Positions 29,418 to 43,461 of a stretch of 64,000 bases of DNA are shown one piece after another. The first letter of the stretch is position 1; the number at the start of each line of letters is the position of its first letter. The translations under genes were made by a program, and so were the position numbers. Source of the stretch: Eledone cirrhosa (taxonomy: Eukaryota); the NCBI GenBank assembly GCA_964016885.1, contig OZ024742.1, forward strand, positions 352,222,001-352,286,000, read 5' to 3'. The notes beneath the pieces are model-generated. The model did not search any database. It had not been told where the DNA came from and saw only the letters and a list, made by a program, of their open reading frames with translations.

Positions 29418-30810
29418 GTAGCAGCAGGGCCCGGCGTTGCACGTGGTAGGAAGCGTGAAATAGCAACAAGCATATGCAAAGATTGAGGAATGTAGGTGTG
29501 TACTTTTTGAATTCCTTTGTTCTCAGGGAATGATTGTTCATCTACTGGAAACGTAGAACACCAGCAGGCCCGAATTGTGAAACATCTGCACGCATGTGAA
29601 AAATCTGAAGAAAATCAGCTGGATACTTTTTAAGCGTACTTCATCTTAGTGTATGATTCCCCTTCCATTTGGAGAAAATCAGTTAGGTACTTTTCGAGTT
29701 TTATAGATTCGCACCCAGTCATCCGGACAGACATCATCAGTTATGTCTATTGCACCTGCATGCATACTGTACATAGTAAAGACTGCAATGCTTGAGTAAG
29801 ACGTCATGCAACCGCACGGTATGCTGCGCCTTCCCCACAGGAGACCATAGCCTCTTCGTAAATCTACCCAATCTGATATAGACCGAACTGTTATATTGGA
29901 TGCCGAACACTTCGGAATTAATATTGGGATCACCATTAACAATTTCAAGTGTGCCTGTTTTGGCTAAAAAGGGCCTTGTGTGCGTTCACATGTAGCCCTT
30001 AAAAGGACTATGTATGCGTTGCCCGGCAGGTCTTAAAAGTCATTTGGTTGCTTTCTCTGGCAACCTATAGAATGACTCTGTATTCGTTCAAGATTTGTTC
30101 ATACGCTTTAAATTGTGGCGCGAATGTTCAACCCACGGAGGGTTTCTTCTCTGGGGGTGTTCACTTTAAACCAAAGGAAACAGACGTTTTTGTTAAGAAA
30201 CAAAAGTAAAAGTAAACCAGGCTTGTTAAAGAAATAGTGATAACATACCTACCTCCTCGCTGTTGCCCTTATAACACTGTTATATCAGATGCTGAACACT
30301 TTGGAGTTAACAATATCAAGTGGAGGCCCTGAAAGGGCCATGTTTGTGTTCACCGGTAGGCCTTAAAATGACTTTGTATACGTTCACTGACAGCTTTTAA
30401 AGTTACCTTGTTTGCGTTCTCTGGCAGCCCTAAAAAGGAGGGGTCACCATCAACAATTTCAAGTGTGGGGTCCTAAAAAGGGCCGTGTGAGCGTTCTCTG
30501 ACAGCCCTAAAAATGACTTTGGTTGTCTTCACTGGCAGCCCTTACAATGACTCTAAATGCGTTCGCGATTTGTTCAAACGCTATAAATAGTCGCGCCGAT
30601 TGTCAAGAGTGGGAGGAGGCTTAAATTTCCGAGAAACCATTAATGGAATCAGAAATATTTTTGTCCACATAAGTGCGAGGGGTCTAACTAATGTTGGCTG
30701 CAAATTCCGAGGAAATCGGCTGGATTATTTTTAAGTTACCCCTGAAATCAGCCTAAATATGCCTAAAAAATGCGATTTTTCGCCTCATAGTAAATTTATA
30801 TTATAAACTT
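29418..30810 (-). mobile_element. Putative non-autonomous Helitron-like element with internal short tandem repeats
   Basis: Begins 'tagcagcagggcccggcgttgcacg', the reverse complement of a Helitron 3' hairpin end. Internal ~40-bp repeats 'gcgttc.ctggcagccct.aaa' and duplicated blocks at 29888/30277 and 29931/30445. Ends in 'tttatattata'. Confidence 0.5.
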
Positions 30811-31224
30811 AAAATGTATTTGACACCAACTTTGTCCCTCTGTGTTCGTAATCATCTGGTTATATCCTTGACTCCCCAGGAACTCATCTGATATGTTTTT
30901 CGGTACATGGCAGATGAACTTCTTCAATTGAGTTAGAATGTTGAACTATAATGTTCTTCTTTCGGTCAACCACTCAGAACTGAATCTCATGACATTGTCA
31001 AGTCACCTTGCTGGCCATTCATGTTACCGCCAACGAAACAGAGAACGTCTTTGAAATTGGACACATACCACCCTCGGATATTGCTTGAAACGATCTTGCT
31101 TGACTATGAGGTCATTGCTATCATCCTAATTGATCACTGAGGCAAAGCTTTATGAGTAATTTTCTATAGGGAGATTCTTGAGCTCCACCCTGTCCATTGC
31201 TACGTAAAATTTATATGACATCAT

Positions 31225-31845
31225 TAGGCGGTAGATTTGCAGTATGGGTCGGACACCATGCTTTGACGCATAGAGTTACGGCCCTTGCCATTATGAGTTC
31301 AAATCCCGCTGAGGTTAACTTTGCCTTTCATCCTTACGGGGTCAATACAATAAAGTACCAGTAATACACTGGGGTAATAGCTGGCCTTGTGCAAAATGTA
31401 GAAACAATTATTGATGACGTGCAATTGATTGGGAGTATCGGTAGAGCATCGGACAGCATGCTTTGTGACATGTAGTTACTTTCTTTACGATCTGAGTTCA
31501 AATTCCGCCATGGGTATTACGGGGTTAATAAAATAAAATTCAAATATCGCACTGGAGACGATATGATCAACTTTACCCGTCTCTGTTAACTGCTCCTGTG
31601 TTAAATGAACGATTATTAATGATAGCGGTGAATTAGCTGCACTATCGTTAAAACGACGACATGATTTGCGACATATTCTTACGGCCCTTTACAATCTGAT
31701 TTCAAACCGCACCAAATTTAACGTTACATTTCATTCTAACTGAATCAATACAGTAAAGTACCAGTAACACATTGATATATATTTAATATAAATTCCTCAT
31801 TCCCTTCAAATTGCTGTTTTTGTAACATAAGTAGAAGCAATTATT
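31225..31845 (+). mobile_element. Three tandem diverged SINE copies of the 9055 family
   Basis: 'gagttcaaatcccgctgaggttaactttgcctttcatccttacggggtc' at ~31295, with degenerate repeats at ~31494 and ~31697. Confidence 0.7.
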
Positions 31846-32695
31846 TTTGTTGTTATTTGTTGTGCTGGATATTGTGTTGTTGGTGGCGGTCGTCTCATAA
31901 TTTGTTAGAACAATTCCAGGAATTTACTCCATTACCCGCTTATTCAAGCCCCTAAATACGGACCCAAGCAAATATGATCATATATTAGTAAGGCTATATG
32001 CATGTTTATGAGTGTATACTATGTTATTGTGTCTATGTTTATCTAGAAACGTATGGGTCATCGTTTTAAAGGGTTGCTGAAAAATTGACTTTCATTCTCC
32101 AGTGAAATCTTGGACTTATTATGTGTGTGTCTTTGGCGAATGCCTCTATTATATAAGTGTTTCTGTTTACGTTTAGGTGTAGATACACTGATTTGGTGAA
32201 CTGTATTTAAATAGAATTCCTGAAGTACAGACTGAACCTGATGTTATGCTAGTTGTTATGGAAAATGCTGGTGAAGTTAATGTTGGCAAAACGGATATCA
32301 TAATTAATATAATTAAATGTGATGGTCGATCGCAGTTTTCAGTGTATATTCATTTGGTAGGTTTATTCATGTTAATGGTGTTAAGGAAGATGTAACTACG
32401 GTACGGAATACACTTTAGGTTGGGAACAATTTACATATGTGTAATGGCGGAATATTTGAATGGAGAAGTTGGATGCAGTATTTTCTTTAGTAATTTATAA
32501 GGTTGTATAAGTTTCATATGATACTTGTATTTTATATATAATTACATAGTTCCAGGTAATTAGCTGGTCAAATGAAAAAAAAAGTGCATGATATAAATAG
32601 AATATGATTTCAGAAATATTTAATGAGAATTATATGGTTTTAAATTACATATAGGATTCAGGTTTGATTGAAAATTATGCAATTAAGATTTAATT

Positions 32696-33990
32696 TCACA
32701 TTCTGCGGGCCATGTCAACTTTGCTGCTTATATGCGTGGCCCAACTTATGTTGCTGTCCACGGTAACTCCCAAGTCTCTGATGTTGTTAGATGCCACGAG
32801 ATTTTCACCGGAGGGAAGGGGGTACGGGAGTTTCAGAGCATCCTCTTTTCCAAAGTGGATGAGTTCGAATTCGTCTTCGTTCAGAAACATGTTGTTCTTT
32901 TCCGCCCATTGGGTAACAGTCAGTAGGTCTGACTTACGGCTTATCCGGTCATCCACGCCATTGATGACCCTTTGGAGCTTGGAATCATCAGCGAAAATTC
33001 TAATGTTGCTGTGTTTGATGATGTCAGAGATGTCATTAATATAGATGATGAAGAGAAGTGGGCCCAACACAGTGATTTGTGGGACCCCACTACTGACTTT
33101 GGCAGGGCTGGATTTGACTCCTTCGACTAAAACATGTTGGGTTCTGTTTGACAGGAAGCAATTGATCCACTGCAGCAGCTTTCCAGTGACACCAATATTG
33201 GACAGCTTTCTCAGTAGAATGTTGTGATCAACCCTGTCAAAGGCTTTGCTGTAATTAAGGTAGATAACATCAGTGTTGGAACCCTCTCCCAAGGCTCTCA
33301 AAATACCCATCAAAGTGATGCAGTAGCTGCGTCAGGCAATCCCTTCCATTACGGAATCCATGCTGGTTGGAGCTCAGCATATTGTTACTCTGAAAGAAGT
33401 GAGTCATTCGCGATCTCATCACTCTCTCAAATACCTTAATGATATGAGAGGTGAGTGAAATTGGACGGTAATTCACGGCAAGGGATTTGTTTCCTTTTTT
33501 GAAAACTGGGACAACAGACTGGGTTGGAAGGTTTTCTGGCACATATCCAGCATCTAGTGAGTTCCGCCACAGATTGGCAAGAGGAGATGCAAGTTGATGT
33601 TGACACGCCTTCAAGACACAAGCAGGGAACCTATCGGGACCTACTGCTGAATTATGCTTGATTTCCTTTATTGCCGCTAAGACATCAGGCGCGCCAAACG
33701 TTATGTCCGATAAGGTGTAACGGGGGGTAACATCGCCGATATAGCCCAGATCGGCCATATCAGGATTGCTAAAAACAGAGCAGTATTGTTTCTGCAGTAT
33801 CTCACCCATCGTTTTAGCATTGTCTTGAAGAGTGCCACTTTCATCAATTAGAGGGCCAACAGTAGAGTCAGTGATTTTGTGTTTTTTGGCAAATGAAGAG
33901 AACACTTTAGGATTGTGTTTGATCTTCACAATGGCCCAGGCCTCTTCAGCTCTTCTCAGATTGTTGATGATATACATCATATTGTTTTGG
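32696..33990 (-). mobile_element. CR1/L2-group LINE ORF2 fragment (RT), frameshifted
   Basis: GPDRFP, NYRPISLTSHIIKVFER, QHGFRNGRDCLTQL; then DVIYL.YSKAFDRVDH, SGVPQ.TVLGPLLF, FADD, RDLGV. Two overlapping ORFs: 33270-33980 and 32696-33313. Confidence 0.9.
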
Positions 33991-34208
33991 AGGTTATGTT
34001 TTTTAATCTCTAATGATGAAATATATATAAATAGTGATGAAATATATATATATATATATATATATTTATTCAGGTTTGAGGTTCACCACTGTATAGAGCT
34101 GGTCTATTCCCTATGGTCAATTGTAATGCAATAATATAGAGAGTACTCAACGTAAGGCAGTTCAACCGTCTTTGTTTTTGTAGTTGGTGGTGCTATTACG
34201 GAGTTAAA

Positions 34209-34326
34209 TATGATGAAATGAGAGGAGGCTGGATTTGTGTAAATCCTTGAAAGGTTTATTATACTATGATCATAGTATAATAAAACTTTCAAGGATTTAC
34301 ACAAATCCAGCATCCTGTCATTTCAT

Positions 34327-34330
<4 letters not shown>
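34209..34330. repeat. Near-perfect loopless palindrome (~61-bp arms)
   Basis: Centre tga|tca at 34269/34270; the arms differ at about 4 positions. Confidence 0.9.
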
Positions 34331-34414
<84 letters not shown>

Positions 34415-34888
34415 TGGTAAACGGAATAGAAAATGCTGACAAATTGTTCACAGTTGAAAAATGGTTTAATTAGGAATAAAAGAGTATTAGTGATTGTATG
34501 GGTTAGTATTCAGTTGTGGTTTTAAGTTTTTAAGTTTTTACCGGTTGCGCATTTCTAAATGCTTTTCAAAAATAATTTTGAGATAGAGTGTCCGTGCTGT
34601 TTGCTCTGATCTGATTAGTTTTGGGAATTCTACCTGTTTTTATGTTAAAAAAGTGGCTCCAGCGTTACTTTGGTGTTGCAAAATTTCTTGTGGTCAAAAC
34701 AATTTTGATTGGTCGGTAGAGGTCATGTGAGTGTAAAAAATTGATTTTGCGCCAAGACTGTTTTTACGTTAAAAAAGTGGCTCCAGCAACAATTCTTGTG
34801 GTCAAAACAATTTTGATTGGTCGGTAGAGGTCATGTGAATAATAAATTGGTTTTGCGCCAAGATTGAGAAATGACACTTTCACAACAA

Positions 34889-34950
<62 letters not shown>

Positions 34951-35022
34951 TAGTAGTAGTAGTAAGGTGTTCGATGTTGTGATAATGGCTAGCAGCGATG
35001 TGTGACAAATGGCTATTGAGAT

Positions 35023-35059
<37 letters not shown>

Positions 35060-35236
35060 GCAGAGTAATTCGTGGTGGCAGGGATGGTCAGTAAGAATGT
35101 GTATGAAAGCAATGGGGGGTATTTTAGCATGTCAAAAGATATTTTTCAGCTTTTGTCTTATACGGAGAAATGCGTGTGTGTGTGTGTGTATATGAGTATC
35201 TTTGTATGTTGATGTACGCGTGTGTATGTGTGTGTG

Positions 35237-35314
<78 letters not shown>

Positions 35315-36866
35315 GACTAGTTCTTTTTCCCCCAGGTAAAATGGTGTACATTATTCGATTTTTTCAGTAAAATCGGTTCTCTTAATAGAACATCAAACAT
35401 CTTAACAATAAAAGGTGTGAAATGAATTTCACTATATATATATACACACATACATATATTCTCTATATACATATATATATATACATATATATATATATAC
35501 ACATATACATATATATACACATACATATGCACATATATTTTTTTGTGTAGCACCATAGAGCATGTGTGTTTACGTATGTCATTGTGTTTATATGTGGGTA
35601 GAGATGTGTGCTGATGTAGGTATGTATGTAGACGTGTGTATGTTGTGGGTTCGTCTTAGGGAGAAGTGTTTAGACGGGGTCCGTATTTGTTAATGAAGTA
35701 AGATTCCTTGCTGATGCGCTGGGTGTGGGTGGCATTATCGTTGAATTTGTAGAGGGGAAAGATTCTGAAGTTGGGATGATTTTGGGCGGCACAGGTATCA
35801 ATGTGTTCCCTCAGTGGTATTTTCCTGTATTCCCGTATTTTAATTTGGGATCTATGGACAGTCATGCGTTGGCGGAGGCTGTTTTTGGTCTGGCCTATGT
35901 ATTGTTCTCGAAAACCTGAACAAGTTAATACATATATTAGATTTTTCGATGCACATGTGAAGTTGTGTTTTACTATAAAACATTGTCCATCTTTGAAATA
36001 GAATTCCGAACCCTCTATTAGGTTGATGCAAATGCCACAGTTGGGTCTATCGCATTTTTTTACTGTGGGTTTCGTTGTTGTGGTTGGCAGTACTTTGGCA
36101 TGTGTTAAGATGTTTTTCATTGACTTGGATTGTCTTTTGCTCTTTATGATATCGTGTGTTCGTAGAATTTGGTTCATTCTATGGTCCTTTTTCAATACAG
36201 GGGTGTTCTGGAGGATGGTGTCAAAGGCCTCATTGTTGAGGGTTTGTGTGTGGAGATGTATGGAAGAGCTTTTAGTTTTGGTTGATTTACTTTAGGGTGT
36301 CTAAGGTCCTGGGTACTGAGTTTTAGGGCACGTTGGATTCCATTGTCAATTAGTGATGCAGGGTAGTCCCTGCCTATGAGTGTGTCCTTTAGTTCTTGTA
36401 GTCGTAAGTAGCAGATGTTTTTATTGGAGACTATAGTACATATTCTCTTGGCTAAGTTGTAGGGAATATTAATTTTAACGTGTCTAGGGTGGCAAGAGTT
36501 GAAGGGGAGATATTGCTTGGAGTCTGCGGGCTTGTAGTATATGTCTGTTTCTATTTTTTTGTTATGGATCTTAATGAGGATGTCGAGGAAGGGGAGTTGT
36601 TGATGGCTGCATTCCATCGTGAAGTTAATATTTGTGTTGAGCCCATTTATAAGGGTGTGAAATTCTTTAAGTTTTTCGATGTTTTCGTGCCAAAGGATGA
36701 AGCAGACATCTAGATATCGCTTCCAGTTCCTTTCTATGTGTAAGTGGAGGGTGTTTCCAAATTTGTTTAGGACTTTAGTGTAGAGGGTGATTTCCAGGTA
36801 TCCCATGACTAGGTTGGCATAAGTGGGGTCTGTTTTCGTTCCCATAGCGGTCCCAGATTTCTGCAT
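34415..36866 (-). mobile_element. 5'-truncated Penelope-like element (Neptune-type linker) with microsatellite-rich 3' pLTR
   Basis: 36192-36866: GTAMGT..PTYANL.MG, WKRYLD, LPFLD, TDIYYKP, SCHP. 35656-36195: KCDRPNCGIC, NLIYVLTC, YIGQT..LRQRM..H, KE.YFI.KY.P.LN. One frameshift. Degenerate hammerhead at ~34538-34572 (-). Confidence 0.9.
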
Positions 36867-36879
36867 ATATATATATATG

Positions 36880-37478
36880 CAAAGATTTTATTAAAAATTG
36901 TTGTGTTACAACAAGTTAATATTTTATAACTGATATAAAGCACTCGACAAGTTTTTGGAGTAGATATACGATATTAAACAAATGGAAACTATATTTATAA
37001 AACCATATTTATTTCATAAAAACATATTTCAGGGATACCAGGGATATATTGAGTTTATCTTTATCTATGATGAATTATTATGTATCTGTCGCTTTAGTTT
37101 GCCTCTCTTATTTCTCTCTTGTTTCTTGTTTCTCTTTCACTTCCTCCTATATATTTATATTTTCTCTCTCTCTTTCCCCCCCCCCCCTCTCTCACTCTCT
37201 CCATGTTTTCTTTATCTCTGCTTTTTCTTTCTCTCCGTTTTTTCTAACTGTGCTTAACACTATAACTAAATAATTATAAACAAATTCACTATCCAGACAG
37301 CTTCCTAATCTAATGGTCGCTTATATTATGGTACGTCAAAATTATTTATAAAACTGTTTATATATTGTATTTTATATGACGAAGGCATGCAATTTTTTTT
37401 AATATGGTATCCCTGAAATATGTATAATGAAATAAATATGGTTTTATAAATATAGTTTCCATTTGTTTAATATCGTAT
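36880..37478. mobile_element. Short two-armed inverted insertion (75-bp arms) in (TA)n
   Basis: 36965-37040 is the reverse complement of 37404-37478. A related sequence lies at 38240-38340. Confidence 0.6.
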
Positions 37479-37488
37479 ATATATATAT

Positions 37489-37722
<234 letters not shown>

Positions 37723-37733
37723 AATATGTATAT

Positions 37734-37795
<62 letters not shown>

Positions 37796-37797
37796 AA

Positions 37798-37915
37798 GGC
37801 GTGTGGCTGAGTGGTTAGAGAACTGGATTCACAATCGTGAGGTTGTGAGTTCGATTCCTGGACCGGGCGATGCGTTATGTCTTTGAGAAAGACACTTTAT
37901 TTCACGTTGCTCCTT
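37798..37915 (+). mobile_element. tRNA-derived SINE 5' part (CORE-like domain)
   Basis: A box tggctgagtgg, B box gttcgattcc, then 'tgtctttgagaaagacacttta'. Confidence 0.75.
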
Positions 37916-38166
37916 CTACTTGGAGTTGCGACCGATAGATAGTATTAGCATTTGGAAAAACCAATCCTCGGTCCGATTTGACGAAAGTTGATCGATTGAC
38001 TATAATAAAGCATTGCTTTATTGTGCTACAATAAAACTCACCTCCTACATTATATATATATATATATATGTAAATTGTAAAATATAAATATATGTAAACA
38101 GAAATAACAAGTCGGTACAGTATAAGGAAGGGATATATTAGGTTAGCGCTTGATATAGCAGGAAAA

Positions 38167-38199
<33 letters not shown>

Positions 38200-38631
38200 C
38201 AAAAGGGATATTTAATTTGCTGGTAATTCAACAAATGTAAATGTTGATAACTGATTCAGAGCACTTGACAAGTTTTCTGGAGTATAATATTCAATGATAT
38301 TAAATAAATGGAAACGATATGTATAGAACTATATTTACTCTTATATATATATTTCAACGGCGCCACTCAACGTAATGCAACTCACCCGTCTTCGTTTGTG
38401 TTGTTGGTGGTGCGAGTACGGAGTTAATTATTATAAAATAACACAAGGTTTATTCTAATATGATCATTTCAACGAGCGCGGCCGACTGAGGTAGAAGCTG
38501 CTAAATAGTCGGTTGTCCTCTTGTCTTTGATTTTCATGGACTTTATCTGTTATATTCCTCTGTTATATTTTGAATACCTGATGATGTCACCGGATTCACA
38601 CTGATCATAATATAATAAACCCCTCAAGGTT

Positions 38632-38724
<93 letters not shown>

Positions 38725-38736
38725 AAATATATATAG

Positions 38737-38780
<44 letters not shown>

Positions 38781-38959
38781 AATAATAAAATATAATAATA
38801 ATAAAGAAAAGACAGTTACTTTATATCATCTCTATTTATTTTATTATATATATTTCGAAGATGCGAGGCGTATGTATAATATAATCCAAAACATTTTCTC
38901 GTCAGACAAAGTGCATGGGTGCATAATTGTATGCTATATTTGTACCCATCTTCGCCGTA

Positions 38960-39910
38960 TCTAAAGATCAAATTCGACTTGTTTTACTCTACGATTTTCA
39001 TAAATGTGTAAATGCAATGTCAATTCAGAACGTATATAAGGAAGCCACATTGAATGAAATAAGTTACAATATGTGGTTTACCTGGCTCTGAAGCGGGGAT
39101 TTCAGTTTGAAAGACGTGTCAAAAGAAGATCGTTCAAAAAACCTGATTCAAATGAGTTGAAAAGCTGACTATTACTTCCAGGAACAGACAGAACAATTTA
39201 ACGTGGCTAATACAATCGTACTATACCAACTAAATAGGATCGATAAGGTTTCATTGGTTGGGAAATAGTGTGTTGTTTTGAATCAATTTTTAGGTAAGCT
39301 TGTTACAGGAAATGAGAAGTGGATCTTTTACCATTACATTAAGCGTATTCGATCGTGGATCAGACGTGGAGGAAACCAGTTCAACAAATGCTTCAAAGAA
39401 GATAATGTTGAGTGTATGGCGGGATATTGAAGGAATTATGCTAATTTCTTCTGCGATCAACTTCGTCGTTTGGCAGCCTCATAGAACCGAAATAGACCCT
39501 CCTTATTCAACAGAAATGGTATTATCTCCCATCACGAAAATGCTCGTACTAACACACTTCAGCTGATACAATATCTCTTAAAAAGCTTAGTTGGCAAATA
39601 TTACTTCTCCTCCATATTCTCCTCACCTTGCTCTTTCTAACTGTCACTTGTTTAGGGGACTACAAAACCATTTAGTTTTAGGTTGCTATCAATAGAGTTT
39701 AAGGTTGATATCAAGAGAAGAGGAAGAACATTAATTGGATTCATATTTTGCATCAACATATAACGATTGTTACACACATGGCATTTATGAGTTTGTTGAC
39801 AGATGAAATGGGGTTCTGAAAGGAAAGGAGTTTAAGTTAAATACATCCACAGTCATTGGTTTCCTCATTTTTGATTTTCACTTTGAAATCGGACATCACT
39901 GATGCACCAC
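38960..39910 (+). mobile_element. Highly decayed Tc1/mariner transposase remnant
   Basis: KKIMLSVWRDIEG resembles KKVMLSVWWD..G. 'cctccatattctcctcaccttgctctttctaactgtcacttgttt' translates to PPYSPHLALSNCHLF, resembling PPYSPDLAPSDFHLF. Boundaries are approximate. Confidence 0.7.
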
Positions 39911-40249
39911 ATGATATATATAATTCAAAGAAAAAATTACAAACCCAAACCGTAAGACGGGAGATGCACAGGACAGTCTAATTGCATCAGAACACCTCAG
40001 CCGGTCCATTATTTTGGAATACATCAAGGTCGATATAATTAACCCATTGTGTACAATGACTGTTGTTTTAACATTTAAAGCTCTGTTATTAGTTAAATGA
40101 TCATAGTTACTGTCTCCTGAGTCTTTTGTATTTTAGGTTCATTAATTCCGTTCATTCGATGACTTGTATGGTTAGGTAAATCGATAACATGTACATACAT
40201 ATATACACTCAAACAAACACACACAAATATATTTAAATGAATAAATAAA

Positions 40250-40294
<45 letters not shown>

Positions 40295-41124
40295 TATAAA
40301 TACATACACACATATATATATATATATATATAAAGCTTTACATATAGATATGTGTCTGTGTGTGTCGGACACATGTACACACATAAAAAAGCTGTCATGC
40401 CTGCCTGAATTTTCGGTCAGTTGCTGACTTAACCGATTAACCCCACAATTACTACGTAGCGGTTCTTGCACGTGACTACTGGACCCGGATGAAACGAAGA
40501 CGAAGAATTTCCTTGCGTACCGTTTTGTACCACAGATGCGATCTCACCCTGCTTCGTTAATGTCCTATCGACATCAAAGTTCAACGTTTGGGCGAATAGA
40601 TTTGAATCCAACCACCAACAACATAGCTGGTTGACCGATAATCACACCAAACCGGAGAACTGGGATCGTTGTGACTTCCAAATATACAACCACTGACACT
40701 GTTACGAAGACCAGAAAACCATACTCCATATATTGAACCAATTGATTGATATGTGCGACCAAAACATATGGAACTAGGAATATTGGATCCTCAGTCAATG
40801 TCCGGGTGAGCAAAAATTGATTTCTATCTGCATTGGAATTTACAAACTTGTGCATCTGCTGTGGTGTCAAAAACAAACGCACATGACCGCACAGATAAAC
40901 AATGGACCATGCCACGTGCTTGAACCCGTAAGTGAATTGAAGGTTCTGCAACTCTGATACACATATTGTTTACTATTTATTATTAAGATGTATAAACTGG
41001 ACATAACTATTATCATCTTATATTCTCTCAACGAATCACACTTGATCATATTTCTCTATCCTGTTTTCTCCCCCCATAATTATTATATTTTCATTATTGT
41101 TTGAAAAAAATCGGTATTTTTACA

Positions 41125-41717
41125 TTGTGTTTTCCCCTCCAAATATTCGCTTATATTTCCTTATATATTCTCTATATATATTTTTTTATCTTTATTATTA
41201 TTTCCACTTTTATCCTCCTTTATATTTTACCTTATTCTTACCTTTATATCTTATTATATTGTAATCTTCCCCATGCCTTATTATACACTATTAATTATAG
41301 ATTATTATTATTACTCTTTTTCCATTTCTAATTACCTCATGTACCTTCTCCTCCGCTATATGTATATATGTATTCTACGCCCTTTGTGTTTGTGTAGCCT
41401 CTGTGCACCCTCTGCACCATACTATCGATGCCATCCCATCTATGGTTCAGCTAACCACCCGACTCCCGGGAATGAATATGACCGCAGCTAGTAAACAAGG
41501 ACCAAAACCCCACCCTCCCGCACCAAAATTAGACTTATCGTCCCCTACTTTTGCTCTTTACTCTCTTTACTCTTTGTTCTTGGGTGTTTGGTTGGTAGAG
41601 TCCGTAACACCAATCAAACCCCTTTTATAGCTCTGATGAATCCTACGGTTACACGTAAGGAAGAAACATTGTTAGCCAATAAAAATCTTTTGATGTTGTA
41701 GACGCTCTTGTGTTCTT

Positions 41718-41722
<5 letters not shown>
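41125..41722 (+). mobile_element. ~600-bp hammerhead-bearing non-coding element, copy 2
   Basis: Matches 17637-18240. Hammerhead CTGATGA at 41633-41639 and GAAA at 41663-41666. The 3' end abuts (TA)n. Confidence 0.8.
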
Positions 41723-41765
<43 letters not shown>

Positions 41766-41769
41766 ATGT

Positions 41770-42342
41770 GTGTGTGTTTTGTAACCGTTCACTTTGTGGC
41801 TCAATGAGGATTTAATCACTTAACCAATCAGAGGTATATATCATAAAACATGTCTATAGAATCACCAGAAAAAATATGTACCGTTTCTTCTCCCAATTAG
41901 CATAATTAACCTTATAAAATATCAATTAGACCACGCTATAAGAATAAATGCTCCTATGAAGAAATCTCCGACAAATAATCGAAAGCAGCCCCTCGCGGCG
42001 GTTGTGACGGAGTATTTATCGAGTATTTCGACAGCGTGTATAAATCGACCAGATATACAGTCAACTAAACAGAATTAGGTGTAAAATAAACTAGGAGAAA
42101 AGTGAACATATTTAGTTTCTCTACCATGGTTTCGTCCGCATTTTAAGATATCCGATAACATTGGAAATCTGGAGCATCGGACACTTCAGGAGTTAGCTCA
42201 AATTTAGACAATTAATTTTCCAAAGTGATCGCGCCAAAATCTGGTGATTCTATAGACATGTTTTATGATATATAGCTCTGATTGTTTAATTTATTAACTC
42301 TTCATTGGGCCACAAAGTGACCCATTGCAAATCCCCCCCCCC

Positions 42343-42350
<8 letters not shown>
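41770..42350 (-). mobile_element. Two-armed insertion of a further hammerhead-bearing pLTR-like family
   Basis: 41770-41870 is inverted relative to 42239-42350. The body is the reverse complement of 43620-44015. Confidence 0.7.
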
Positions 42351-42406
<56 letters not shown>

Positions 42407-42413
<7 letters not shown>

Positions 42414-43399
42414 ATAATAATAAATTTGAAGACTAAAATCCAAAGAGGGCTCGATAAGGATAAATATATATCAAATATATAAGAACCGTAGAGCAAATAT
42501 TTATTAAAATAACAGATTAAAGTTTAAGCAAAGAATCGCTGCTTTCACCCTTAACGGGATCTTCTGAAACTAACAAAGTCAATCTATAAACGCAGAACTG
42601 GATATGGGTGTTTTGCGTCTGTGTGAGTATGCAGGTTCGTACGTATGGTGAGTGTGTGTATATGTGTACTTCTTGTTTTGGTTGACTTACGTCTCCGAAC
42701 ATTCGTGTATTTATATGTAGGTGTGTGTGTGCGCTTGTTATATACGTATTTATTTATTCTTATACGTTTATATAATTATTTATTTATTTGTATACACGCA
42801 TACACACACACACATATTTATTTGTGCGTGGTTTTGTATACCTATGGTAAGGTTTTGCGTATGCTTGTGTATGTACGTATTTGTTTGCGTGTATTTATTT
42901 ATTTATTTCTATTACTTCTGTATTGTATTTATTTACTTTGTTCTTAACTCTGTAGCGGAGATTCATTTGGTCTCCTGGTTAGAATTTTAGTCTACGACTT
43001 CTGCTACACCATTTACGTGGTTTTGTCTTGGCGTGCTATTGTTCCGCACGCTCCACATATGACGTATTATCTTCGTTTTTTCGTTCATTGCCAGAGAACG
43101 TCTCTATGCACCACCTAAGAGAACATTAGTCTACGACCTCTTTTATACCATAAACGTGGTTCTGTCTTTGCACGTAATTGTTTTTCACCGCTCCTATTAA
43201 TGACGTATTATTCGTTTTTTCACGTTCTTTGCCAGCGAGCGTTTCCACGAACCAAAGTATCGTCTTCCTGTCTTCCTCCGGTTGCAACGTTATTTTGAAA
43301 TATCAGTTCTGCGTTTACAGATTGACTTTGTTAGTTTCAGAAGATCCCGTTAAGGGTGAATGCAGCGATTCTTTGCTTACACCTTTATCTGTTATTTTA

Positions 43400-43407
<8 letters not shown>
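42407..43407. mobile_element. Two-armed insertion of the 27.1-29.3 kb PLE pLTR
   Basis: 42407-42605 is the reverse complement of the pLTR end including its tail; 42606-43407 is a direct copy of ~28435-29240 without the tail. Confidence 0.85.

Positions 43408-43459
<52 letters not shown>

Positions 43460-43461
<2 letters not shown>

Noticed and set aside
29940-30560. CRISPR-like repeat/spacer array
   Set aside because: These are degenerate tandem units without unique spacers, in a eukaryotic context with no cas genes.
37798-37870. tRNA gene
   Set aside because: It has A and B boxes but no proper acceptor stem, and runs directly into a SINE body.
41770-42350. MITE with terminal inverted repeats
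   Set aside because: No TSD was found, a one-armed relative exists at 43460-44015, and it carries a hammerhead; it fits the PLE two-arm pattern better.
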